Below, in pieces: positions 24,912 through 35,191 of a stretch of 64,000 bases of DNA; positions within the stretch are counted from its first letter, which is position 1; every line of letters begins with the position of its first letter. The notes under the pieces are model-generated. The model saw nothing but the letters and a program-made list of their open reading frames with translations, had not been told where the DNA came from and did not search any database. Source of the DNA: an uncultured Candidatus Saccharibacteria bacterium. GTDB lineage: Bacteria; Patescibacteriota; Minisyncoccia; UBA6257; XYB1-36-10. Location of the stretch: NCBI GenBank assembly GCA_964362215.1, contig CAYIDJ010000002.1, forward strand, positions 911-64,910. Direction: 5' to 3'. The translations under genes were made by a program, and so were the position numbers.

Positions 24912-25955
24912 ATGGAAATTGTTTTAATTGTGGCGGTGGTGGCGCTGGTGGGGGTGGTGGGGTGGTTAGGGTGGGAGGTAAGAAAAGGGCAGGCGAGGCC
25001 GGAGGAGAAGAAAGATGACACTTCGCTTATTTTGTTGCAGAAGCAGATGGAGGGAATGACGCACGCGCTGGATGAGCGGATGCGGAACTCGGCGGAGGCG
25101 GTGGAGAGACAATTTAAGAGCAGTTTGGGAATTGTGCGGGAGGTGACGGAGAAGCTGACAAAACTGGACGAGACCAACCGCCAAGTAGTGGGGTTTGCCG
25201 ACCAGTTGAAAAGTTTTGAAAATATTTTGAAAAATCCGAAACAGAGGGGAATTTTGGGCGAGTATTTTCTGGAGGCGGTGCTAAAAAATGTGCTGCCGCC
25301 AAACGCCTATCAGTTGCAGTACAAGTTCGCGGACGGGGAAATTGTGGACGCGGCGATTTTCGTGAAAGACAAGATTATTCCAGTGGACTCAAAATTTTCA
25401 CTGGAAAATTACAATCGGATTGTGGAAGAAGACGAGCCGGGGAGGCGGGAGGAGCTGGAGAAAGTTTTTAAGATGGATTTGAAGAAGCGAATTGATGAGA
25501 CGTCAAAATATATCCGGCCGAAAGAGAACACGACTGATTTTGCCTTTATGTTTATACCGGCGGAGGGGATTTATTATGATTTGTTAGTAAACCAGGTGGG
25601 GGCGATAAAAGCGAATACGCGGGACTTGATTGAGTACGCCTTTAAGGAAAAGCACGTGATTATAATTTCGCCGACGACTTTCCACGCGTATCTGCAGACA
25701 ATTTTGCAGGGGTTGCGGGGAATGGAGATTGAGAAGTCGGCGCAGGAGATAAGGAAGCGGGTGGAGGATTTGGGTCGGCATATTGGGAGCTATGAGGAAT
25801 ATTTTAAGAAGGTGGGGAATAATTTGGCGACGACGGTTAATTCTTACAACAGCGCTTACAAGGAGTTGGGGAAGATTGATAAGGACGTTTTGAAAATAAG
25901 CGGGCAGTCGGCGGGAGTGGAGCCGGAGATGCTGGAGAGGCCGAGGGAGGAGTAG
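24912..25955 (+). CDS. rmuC: DNA recombination protein RmuC
   Basis: N-terminal TM, a coiled-coil, then 'DFAFMFIPAEGIYYDL' and 'VIIISPTTFHAYLQTI', typical of RmuC. Confidence 0.85.
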   Translation: MEIVLIVAVVALVGVVGWLGWEVRKGQARPEEKKDDTSLILLQKQMEGMTHALDERMRNSAEAVERQFKSSLGIVREVTEKLTKLDETNRQVVGFADQLKSFENILKNPKQRGILGEYFLEAVLKNVLPPNAYQLQYKFADGEIVDAAIFVKDKIIPVDSKFSLENYNRIVEEDEPGRREELEKVFKMDLKKRIDETSKYIRPKENTTDFAFMFIPAEGIYYDLLVNQVGAIKANTRDLIEYAFKEKHVIIISPTTFHAYLQTILQGLRGMEIEKSAQEIRKRVEDLGRHIGSYEEYFKKVGNNLATTVNSYNSAYKELGKIDKDVLKISGQSAGVEPEMLERPREE

Positions 25956-25987
25956 GGCGGGAGGAAAAAATATAAAGTTCAGGCAAT

Positions 25988-26095
25988 ATTCTCCCCATTA
26001 CCACTGGCTCCGCTATTCGCTTAAAGCGGATAATATTCGCTCCAATCCAATTTGGCTTATAAAATGACCGGTTCCCGTTGTTTTATAAGTGGATA
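25988..26095. repeat. Family A left arm only (truncated copy) fused to a half P1 palindrome
   Basis: attctccccattaccactggctccgctattcgcttaaagcgg...ggttcccgtt, then ttttataagtggata. The right arm is missing. Confidence 0.75.
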
Positions 26096-26144
26096 GAGTA
26101 TAAAAAGGTGATGTCAGGGTGATAGTTGTTGTATAATAGCGGGG

Positions 26145-26843
26145 ATGGAAGAAATAGAGCGGAAGAGACTGGAGGTGGAGAGGGACAAGAAGTGGCGTGT
26201 ACTTGGCCGGCGGGCGGCGGTTTTTGAGTGGATGCCATTCGTGGAGGTGGCAATGGTCGCGGGAAGCATGGCGATGGGGACGGCGCGGATAGAGTCGGAT
26301 TTTGATTTGATTTTGGGAATGAAGACGAGGAGAATTTTTACGGGGAGATTTTTTTTGACGATGATTTTAGCGGGGATGGGATGGCGGAAGCGGCGAAATA
26401 GCCAGACAACTCATAATCGGTTTTGCCTGAACCATTTTGTGACGGCGGAGTTGTATTGTTTGCGGCCGCCATATAATGTTTACTGGGAGGAATTGTATCG
26501 GCGGCTGGTACCGGTTTATGGAAAGCGGGAGGAAATAAACAAGTTTTTGGCGGCGAATAGGTGGGCTAGAGCGGGGGAGTTTAGAGATGACGGACGGTGG
26601 CGGGGCGGAAAGCGAAGATGGTTAAAAAGAGCCACGGAGAGAGTTATGGGCGGGCGGTTTGGTAATTGGCTGGAGCGGCGATTAGGAATTTGGCAGTTGA
26701 AGCGAATAGCGCAGAGCGCGGCGGAGGATATGGGATACAAACCGCGGATGCATTATGACTGGACAGAGTTGGAATTTCATCCGGATACAAGAAGGATAGA
26801 AGAGTGGCTGAAACAAGAGGGATATATTTATCAAAACAAATAG
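26145..26843 (+). CDS. Pol-beta-superfamily nucleotidyltransferase-domain protein
   Basis: 'VAGSMAMGTARIESDFDLILG' fits hG[GS]x9-13Dh[DE]h. The rest is helical and Arg/Trp-rich. Confidence 0.6.
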   Translation: MEEIERKRLEVERDKKWRVLGRRAAVFEWMPFVEVAMVAGSMAMGTARIESDFDLILGMKTRRIFTGRFFLTMILAGMGWRKRRNSQTTHNRFCLNHFVTAELYCLRPPYNVYWEELYRRLVPVYGKREEINKFLAANRWARAGEFRDDGRWRGGKRRWLKRATERVMGGRFGNWLERRLGIWQLKRIAQSAAEDMGYKPRMHYDWTELEFHPDTRRIEEWLKQEGYIYQNK

Positions 26844-26857
26844 GGACGCGACTTAAT

Positions 26858-26885
26858 TTGACATTTTTTGAAATATGTTTATACT
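26858..26885 (+). promoter_or_regulatory. Sigma70-type promoter for groES-groEL
   Basis: TTGACA (26858-26863), 16-nt spacer, TATACT (26880-26885). Confidence 0.55.
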
Positions 26886-26953
26886 GTTCTGGTGTATAAA
26901 GTTGGGTGTGAAACAGGTCGTTTTTAATTATTAACAAGCATTATTGGATAAAT

Positions 26954-27238
26954 ATGATAAAGCCATTAGGAAATCGGGTGGTAATAGAGCCGGCGAAGGA
27001 GGAGGCGGCGACATCATCGGGAATTGTTTTGCCGGAGACGTCAGAGAAGAGGCCGGTAAAAGGGACGGTAATAGCGGTGGGGCCGGGAAAGCTTACCGAG
27101 AAGGGAGAACGTTTGCCGATGTCGGTTAAAGAGGGAGATAAAGTTATTTTCAGCGAGTACAGCACGACGGAATTTAAGGAAGGAGATAAAAAATATCTGG
27201 TGGTGCAGGAAGATGATATACTCGGAATTTTGGAGTAG
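26954..27238 (+). CDS. groES: Co-chaperonin GroES
   Basis: 'IKPLGNRVVIEP...SGIVLPE...KGTVIAVGPG' is the canonical Cpn10 pattern. Confidence 0.95.
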   Translation: MIKPLGNRVVIEPAKEEAATSSGIVLPETSEKRPVKGTVIAVGPGKLTEKGERLPMSVKEGDKVIFSEYSTTEFKEGDKKYLVVQEDDILGILE

Positions 27239-27300
27239 TACTCAAAAATTCCGGAATGACGAATTAATAATCAATAAATTACTAAATTTCTAATCAATAA

Positions 27301-28941
<1,641 letters not shown>

Positions 28942-29118
28942 AATTAGGAACTAGTGCCTAGTAAATGGTAACTAAGGAGAAAATAAAAACACTCTGGGAA
29001 ACCGGAGTGTTTTTTGCTTTTGATTTGTGGGAAAAAATGTTTTGTTGTATAATGACGTAGAGGGTTTTTACTATAGACAGCGGATGAGGAGGAAAATATA
29101 ATTAGGGTGTTTTAAATT

Positions 29119-29673
29119 ATGACAATTTTTTATATTGTCGGGGGAGTGGTGGCGGTAGTCGTAATATGGCTTATTGCCGCTTATAACGGCATGGTAAACT
29201 TGCGCAATCGGGCGGAGGAGGCGTTGTCTGACATTGACGTGCAATTGAAGCGCCGATTTGATTTAATTCCCAATTTGATTGAGGCGGTGAAGGGGTATAT
29301 GACGCACGAGCGGGAGGTGCTGGAAAAAGTAACGGTGGCGCGGGCGCAAGTGGCGGGAACGGGCGGAGACGCCTTGAAGAGGGAAAAACAGGAAAACGTT
29401 TTATCAGCGACGTTGAAGACGCTTTTCGCGGTGGCGGAGAATTATCCCGACCTTAAGGCGAATGCCAACTTTCTGGATTTACAGAGAGAGCTGGCGGACA
29501 CCGAAAATAAGATACAGGCGGCGCGGCGATTTTACAACACGACGGTGATGGAGTTTAACACACGGTTACAAACTTTCCCTAATAATACGATGGCGGGAAC
29601 TTTTGGTTTTGCCGATAAACAGTTTTTCACGGCGGAGGCGGCGGAAAAGGAAAATATAGCGGTGCAGTTTTAA
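29119..29673 (+). CDS. lemA: LemA family protein
   Basis: N-terminal TM plus 'RRFDLIPNLIE', 'ENYPDLKANANF', 'ARRFYNTTVMEFN'. Confidence 0.9.
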   Translation: MTIFYIVGGVVAVVVIWLIAAYNGMVNLRNRAEEALSDIDVQLKRRFDLIPNLIEAVKGYMTHEREVLEKVTVARAQVAGTGGDALKREKQENVLSATLKTLFAVAENYPDLKANANFLDLQRELADTENKIQAARRFYNTTVMEFNTRLQTFPNNTMAGTFGFADKQFFTAEAAEKENIAVQF

Positions 29674-29690
29674 CATTTAATAAAAATAGA

Positions 29691-30149
29691 ATGACTCACT
29701 ATTTATCAAAGGAACGTTTGGCGGAGTTGCAGGCGGAATATCAGGAATTGGTTACAGGGCGGAGAATGGAGGTGGCGGATAGGTTAAAAAAAGCAAAGGA
29801 GTTCGGCGATTTGTCGGAAAACTCCGAGTATAACGAAGCCAAAGACGAGCAGTCGCAAGTGGAGCGGCGGATAATGGAGCTGGAGGATATATTAAAAAAC
29901 GCGGAGGTTATTACCAGAAGCGGCAAGCACGACGAGGTGAGTTTAGGGTCGGTGGTGGAGGTGGAGAAAGATGGCGGAATGAAAGCGGTTTATAACATTG
30001 TCGGGTCGCAGGAGGTTGACCCGGAGCAAGGTAAAATTTCCAACGAGTCGCCGGTGGGAGCGGCGCTAATGGGACACAAGGCGGGAGAGACAATTAAGGT
30101 AAGGACTCTTAAGGGAGAAGTTAATTACACTATTAAGTCAATTAAGTAG
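29691..30149 (+). CDS. greA: Transcription elongation factor GreA
   Basis: 'AKEFGDLSENSEYNEAKDEQ' coiled-coil tip and a C-terminal FKBP-like domain. Confidence 0.9.
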   Translation: MTHYLSKERLAELQAEYQELVTGRRMEVADRLKKAKEFGDLSENSEYNEAKDEQSQVERRIMELEDILKNAEVITRSGKHDEVSLGSVVEVEKDGGMKAVYNIVGSQEVDPEQGKISNESPVGAALMGHKAGETIKVRTLKGEVNYTIKSIK

Positions 30150-30172
30150 GCGGCACAGAGGCCAGGAAAATT

Positions 30173-31621
30173 ATGCGCGAGGATATTATTCGTGACCGAA
30201 AAGAAAAACGGGAAAAACTCCAAAAGCTGGGGATTAATCCTTATCCGGCCAGGGTAAAGCGGACACATACAGTAGCGGAGGTGAAGGAAAGTTTCCAGAA
30301 GTTGGTGCAAGGAGGCAGTCCGGTTTTTATTGCCGGAAGAGTGCGGGGATTAAGAAAGCAGGGAGGAATAGTTTTTTTGGATGTGGAGGATGAGAGCGGG
30401 CGGATGCAGGCGGTAGCGAACGCGAAGACGACGGCGAATTTTAAAAAAATTGTCCCTAATTTAGACGGAGGTGATTTTGTGGCGGTGGGCGGAAAGTTAT
30501 TTACCACCAAGAGAGGAGAAAAAAGCGTAGAGGTGAAGAAGCTGGTTTTGCTTACCAAGAGTTTGAGGCCGCTGCCGGCGGATTACTATGGACTGGAAGA
30601 CACGGAGGTAAGATTGAGGCAAAGATACCTGGAAATGCTTATGAATCCGGAAGTGAGGCGGTTGTTTACCCGTAAAGCCAAGTTCTGGGCGACGATAAGG
30701 AGGGAATTGGCGGCGGCGGGGTTTACGGAGGTGGAGACAGGAGTGCTGGAGGCGATGCCGGGCGGAGCGGAAGCGGAGCCGTTTGTAACGCGCCACCGAG
30801 CGCTGGACGATGATTTTTATCTGCGCATTTCATTGGAAATCGCTTTGAAGAAGCTGATGGTGGGGGGGTGGGAGAAAATTTTTGAAATCGGACGAGTGTT
30901 TCGCAACGAGGGCATTGACGCGGAACATCTGCAGGACTATACCCAGATGGAGTTTTATTTGGCATACACGAATTATGAGGAGCTGATGGAGTTGGTAGAA
31001 AGAATGTATAAGAAAGTGATAAAGGAAACATTCGGGACGCTGATATTTGAATACAACGGAAAGAAAGTAAATTGGGGAAAGAAGTGGCCGAAAGTTGATT
31101 ATTTTGACATATTCAAAAAGAAGAGCGGCATTGATTTGAAGAAAGCGACAGAAGCAGAATTGAGGCGGAAGGCCGAGGCGTTGGGATTGAAGGTGGAGAG
31201 AGCGGCGGGGAAGGGACGAATCATAGACGCGATTTTTAAGAAGATGGCGAGGCCGACACTGGTGGAGCCGGTTATGCTGATTAATCCGCCGGTAGAGATA
31301 GAGCCGCTGGCCAAACGCCGACCGGAAGAGCTGAAACAGGTGGAGAGATTTCAGGTGATAGCGCACGGGACGGAACTGGGAAAGGGATTTTCGGAGGCCA
31401 ATGATCCGGTTGACCAGCGGGAGAGATTAGAGGAACAGGAGCGTCTAAGAGAAAAGGGAGACAAAGAAGCACAAAGATTGGATGAGGAATTTTTGACGGC
31501 GCTGGAATATGGAATGCCGCCGACGGCGGGGTTCGGAATGTCGGAGCGGCTATTCGCGGTTTTAGCGGGAAGGCCGATAAGAGAAACGGTTTTCTTTCCG
31601 CTAATGAAGAAAAAAGTTTAA
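30173..31621 (+). CDS. lysS: Lysine--tRNA ligase (class II)
   Basis: OB-fold N-term, class II motifs 'FRNEGID..H..EFT/QMEFY' and 'GFGMSERL'. Confidence 0.95.
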   Translation: MREDIIRDRKEKREKLQKLGINPYPARVKRTHTVAEVKESFQKLVQGGSPVFIAGRVRGLRKQGGIVFLDVEDESGRMQAVANAKTTANFKKIVPNLDGGDFVAVGGKLFTTKRGEKSVEVKKLVLLTKSLRPLPADYYGLEDTEVRLRQRYLEMLMNPEVRRLFTRKAKFWATIRRELAAAGFTEVETGVLEAMPGGAEAEPFVTRHRALDDDFYLRISLEIALKKLMVGGWEKIFEIGRVFRNEGIDAEHLQDYTQMEFYLAYTNYEELMELVERMYKKVIKETFGTLIFEYNGKKVNWGKKWPKVDYFDIFKKKSGIDLKKATEAELRRKAEALGLKVERAAGKGRIIDAIFKKMARPTLVEPVMLINPPVEIEPLAKRRPEELKQVERFQVIAHGTELGKGFSEANDPVDQRERLEEQERLREKGDKEAQRLDEEFLTALEYGMPPTAGFGMSERLFAVLAGRPIRETVFFPLMKKKV

Positions 31622-31627
31622 AAATCA

Positions 31628-31658
31628 ATCCGCCGTCCGCCAGTTGGCGGAGGCGGAT
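31628..31658 (+). terminator. GC-rich hairpin after lysS (ATCCGCC-GTCCGCCAGTTGGCGGA-GGCGGAT)
   Basis: A nested perfect stem, followed by an A-rich rather than T-rich tract. The core is related to the 16-bp palindromes at 40539 and 40750. Confidence 0.45.
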
Positions 31659-31716
31659 AAAAATCAAAGTTGAAGTAATTTATTTCATAAATTTATATTT
31701 TTAATATTTTTAAAAT

Positions 31717-32949
31717 ATGCTGGATGTTGAGATAATAAGAAATAATTCGGAGATGGTGAAACAAAAACTGGCTTGGCGGGGAGTGCCAGAGATTCTGGTG
31801 GATGATTTTTTGGCGCACGATAAGGTCTGGCGGGAGGCGACGGCGGAGCGAGACGAGAAGCGGGCGTCCCAACGGGCATTAGGAGCCGATGAGAGAGAAA
31901 AGGCGCGGGCGATAAAAGAAGAAATTTTAACTTTAGAGAAGACGGCACAGGCGGAGGACGAAGCCAGGAGGGAGATTTTAGAGCGGTTGCCTAATTTGCC
32001 GGAAGACGGGGCGCCGGCGGGAAAGGATGAGAACGAAAACGTGGTGGTGCGAGAAGTGGGAGAAAAGCCGGAATTTAATTTTGAGCCGAAGGACCATATG
32101 GAGATAGGGGAGGCGCTTGGCATTATTGATACGGAGAGAGCGGCTAAGGTGGCGGGGACGCGGTTTGGTTATTTACTGGGAGAAGCGGCGCTGATGGAGT
32201 TTGCTTTGGTGAAAATGGTGATGGAGGAAGCAATGGCGGCCGGTTTTAAACCGGTAGTGCCGCCGGTAATGGTTAAGCCGGAGGTGATGAAGGGAATGGG
32301 GAAAGGCAGGTTTATAAAGGAAGAGGAGGCATTTTACCTGCCGGCGGATAATTTGTATTTAGTGGGAAGCGCGGAACACAGTTTAGGGCCGTTGCATATG
32401 AATGAGATTTTGCCGGCGGAGGAATTGCCGAGGCGGTATGTAGGGTTTTCCACAGCTTTTCGGCGGGAAGCCGGTTCTTACGGAAAAGACACGAAGGGAA
32501 TTATCCGCGTGCACCAGTTTGATAAAGTAGAGTTGTTTTCTTTCGTTCATCCGGAGGCCTCTAGCGAGGAACACCGGCTGATTTTGGGACTACAGGAGAA
32601 AATAGTAAGAAAATTGGGATTGCCGTATCGCGTGGTGGATATCTGCACGGGAGACATGACGTGGGGAGACAGACGGCAATTTGATATTGAGGTGTGGATG
32701 CCAAGTCAAAACTGTTACCGCGAGACGCACTCCTGTTCCAATACCGGCGATTATCAGGCGAGAGGAATAAAAGCCCGCTGGCGAGATAAAGAGGGAGTTA
32801 AATATCTTCACACTTTAAACGGCACGGGGATAGCGATTGGGCGGACGATAGCGGCTATTATTGAGAATAACCAACTGGCGGACGGAACAGTTAAGATACC
32901 GGGAGCGTTGCGTGATTATGTCGGCAAAGACACGATTCAGCGCGATTGA
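31717..32949 (+). CDS. serS: Serine--tRNA ligase
   Basis: N-terminal coiled-coil arm, 'FRREAGSYGKDTKGIIRVHQFDKVE', 'NGTGIAIGRTIAAIIEN'. Confidence 0.95.
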   Translation: MLDVEIIRNNSEMVKQKLAWRGVPEILVDDFLAHDKVWREATAERDEKRASQRALGADEREKARAIKEEILTLEKTAQAEDEARREILERLPNLPEDGAPAGKDENENVVVREVGEKPEFNFEPKDHMEIGEALGIIDTERAAKVAGTRFGYLLGEAALMEFALVKMVMEEAMAAGFKPVVPPVMVKPEVMKGMGKGRFIKEEEAFYLPADNLYLVGSAEHSLGPLHMNEILPAEELPRRYVGFSTAFRREAGSYGKDTKGIIRVHQFDKVELFSFVHPEASSEEHRLILGLQEKIVRKLGLPYRVVDICTGDMTWGDRRQFDIEVWMPSQNCYRETHSCSNTGDYQARGIKARWRDKEGVKYLHTLNGTGIAIGRTIAAIIENNQLADGTVKIPGALRDYVGKDTIQRD

Positions 32950-34045
32950 TGCCATTGAGCCGCGGACGTGGGTGGAGATAAAGAAAGCGGCTTTGAGGCA
33001 TAACTATGACGCCGTTCGGCGGCGGCTGGCAAAAGGCGCACTTTTAATGGCAGTGGTGAAATCCAACGCTTACGGGCACGGGTTGACGGGCGCCGCGAAA
33101 ATTTTTAGTGAAGGCGGAGCGGAGTGGCTGGCGGTGGACGGTTTAGAAGAGGCAGCGGAACTTAAGGCGGCGGGAATAACGGCGCCGGTGATTGTGCTGG
33201 GGGCGACTTTACCGGAGAATTTCAGAGCGGCGGCGGCAATGGGAATAACTATCACCGTGTCAACGCGCGTTTGGCTGGAGGCGATAGCGCGGATGGCGAA
33301 GTCGCCAAAGTTTCATTTAAAAATTGATACCGGCATGCATCGGCAGGGTTTTTTGCCGCTGGAGATCGGGCGGGTTATTGAGATAATAAAAAGACAAAAG
33401 GGAGCGCGGGAAGCGTTAACGGGCATTTACACTCATTTCGCGGCGGCGAAAGATCCAATTTATCCTTACTTTACCGAGCAGCAGTTTGAAGAATTTATGA
33501 GGGTGGCGGAGTTGTTTAAGAGAGCGGGGTTTATTAATTTATTTCGGCACTGCGCGGCGAGCGCGGGCACGCTTTTGAATAAGAAATATCACTTGGACGG
33601 GGTGAGAGTGGGGATGGCGCTTTACGGTTATTTTCCGTCGCGGGAAATAGAAGCGGCTTTAGGAGAAGAAATAAAACTTAAGCCGGCGATGGATTGGAAA
33701 GCGGTGATTACCGAAGTGAAGGATGTTCCGGACGGCGCTTATGTGGGTTATGATCTGACGGAGAGGTTAAGGGGAAAAAGAAAGCTGGCGGTGGTGCCGG
33801 TCGGTTATTGGCACGGATTGCCGCGAACGCTTTCCAGTCGAGGCAGGTTTGTAGTTAAGGGTAAGCCAGTTAGAATAGTGGGAAGAGTAAGTATGGATAT
33901 GACGGTGATAGATGTGACGGGGATAGCAGTGGCGGTGGGAGACGAGGCGATTTTTGATATCCAGCATGGAATTGATACAAGTGAAATGATTCCTTATGAA
34001 TTTTTATCAAGAATAAATCCTTTAATAGAACGCCGATATATTTAG
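32918..34045 (+). CDS. alr: Alanine racemase
   Basis: 'AVVKSNAYGHG' PLP-lysine motif, 'VGYWHG', 'GRVSMDM'. The ATG at 32918 overlaps the serS end by 32 nt. ORF-track start 32861 is probably too long. Confidence 0.85.
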   Translation: MSAKTRFSAIDAIEPRTWVEIKKAALRHNYDAVRRRLAKGALLMAVVKSNAYGHGLTGAAKIFSEGGAEWLAVDGLEEAAELKAAGITAPVIVLGATLPENFRAAAAMGITITVSTRVWLEAIARMAKSPKFHLKIDTGMHRQGFLPLEIGRVIEIIKRQKGAREALTGIYTHFAAAKDPIYPYFTEQQFEEFMRVAELFKRAGFINLFRHCAASAGTLLNKKYHLDGVRVGMALYGYFPSREIEAALGEEIKLKPAMDWKAVITEVKDVPDGAYVGYDLTERLRGKRKLAVVPVGYWHGLPRTLSSRGRFVVKGKPVRIVGRVSMDMTVIDVTGIAVAVGDEAIFDIQHGIDTSEMIPYEFLSRINPLIERRYI

Positions 34046-34051
34046 ATAATT

Positions 34052-34786
34052 ATGGCGCAGAAACATGAATCAATAACGGAGAGGCGGTTATCACACCAAT
34101 TTAATAACCGGCGCCGGTTTTTGGCGGGAGCGGCGGTGGCGGCAGCCGCGTTGAGCTGGCTGATAATACACTACCAATTACTGGAAGTTAAGTCGGTATC
34201 GGTTAAGGGGGCAGGGGAGATAACAGCGGAGGCAATTATAAAACTCGCGGATATAAAATATATTTTTCAGACGGTTAAATGGAACGGAACATTACCTTTG
34301 GAAATTGAGGCAACCGAAATAAATAAAAATTATTGGACGAGGAAGGTGGTGATTGATGTTAGGAGCAGGGAGGAATATGGACAGTGGTGTAATTTTGGAG
34401 GAAGGGAGTGTTATTGGTTTGACCGGACGGGAGTGACGTTTAAAACAGCGCCGGCGGCGGGAGGGAAGATAGTGAGAGTAGTGACCGGACCGGAAGAAGT
34501 TAAACTGGGAGAAAAGATTATGCCGGAGCGGTTGTTCGCCAATTTAGTTAAATGGCTGGATGTTTTAGAGGAAGTAGAAGTGGCGGCGGGGAGGGTGGAG
34601 GTGGGAGAGGAGACGAGAGAGGAGGCGGTTATTCGTTTAGGGGTGGAAGAAGTGCCGGTTTATTTCAGTTTGCGGGACGAGCCGGCGGGCGTGAAGAGGG
34701 CGCTGGAGGCGTTGCGGGGTGATTTGGGGCGGTTGGAGTATATTGATTTGAGGAGTCCGAATAGGGTGTATTATAAGTATAGATAA
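34052..34786 (+). CDS. FtsQ/DivIB-like (POTRA) membrane protein
   Basis: N-terminal TM followed by 'LLEVKSVSVKGAGEITAEAIIKLADI' (POTRA-like). Similarity is weak. Confidence 0.4.
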   Translation: MAQKHESITERRLSHQFNNRRRFLAGAAVAAAALSWLIIHYQLLEVKSVSVKGAGEITAEAIIKLADIKYIFQTVKWNGTLPLEIEATEINKNYWTRKVVIDVRSREEYGQWCNFGGRECYWFDRTGVTFKTAPAAGGKIVRVVTGPEEVKLGEKIMPERLFANLVKWLDVLEEVEVAAGRVEVGEETREEAVIRLGVEEVPVYFSLRDEPAGVKRALEALRGDLGRLEYIDLRSPNRVYYKYR

Positions 34787-34823
34787 AGTATTAAGAGTAA
34801 GGAGAAGGGAATTGCGGCTTTTA

Positions 34824-35040
34824 TATATTCCCCCACCACCATTCGCTCCGCTACTCGCTCAAAGCGAATAATATTCGCTCCGTTCTAATTTGGCTTATAA
34901 AATGACTGGTTCCCATTCCTCCCTCGATAGAACCTCGGGATTTTCCGACCAGTCATATTTATAGAAGCCAAATTGTTCATTCCGCTCATTTATCGCTTAT
35001 TAAGCTCGTAGAAGTCGCGAATAATGATGGGGAGAATATA
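34824..35040. repeat. Nested palindromic element, family A copy 2
   Basis: tatattcccccaccaccattcgc pairs with gcgaataatgatggggagaatata. Collinear with 22591-22791 throughout. Confidence 0.85.
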
Positions 35041-35055
35041 AACTATTCTTCCTGG

Positions 35056-35125
35056 GGGAGAGGTTGGATGAGAATGTAGCCCGCCAAAATTTTTGCTTAC
35101 GCAAAAACTTAGGCGGGCTTTTGTT
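35056..35125 (+). terminator. Conserved 3-prime module (GGGGAGAGGTTGGATGAGAATGTAGCCCGCC hairpin + T tract)
   Basis: Hairpin agcccgccaaaatttttg-cttacg-caaaaacttaggcgggct (35078-35118), then tttgttt. Confidence 0.7.
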
Positions 35126-35191
35126 TATATGGGAAAATCGGAATTGAAAAAAAACAGCGCCGAGGGTTTGGGTTTTTTTAATGTTAGTTGG

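Noticed and set aside
26844-26953. Looked for a CIRCE (TTAGCACTC-N9-GAGTGCTAA) operator upstream of groES
   Set aside because: No match. Only a plain TTGACA-16-TATACT promoter is visible.
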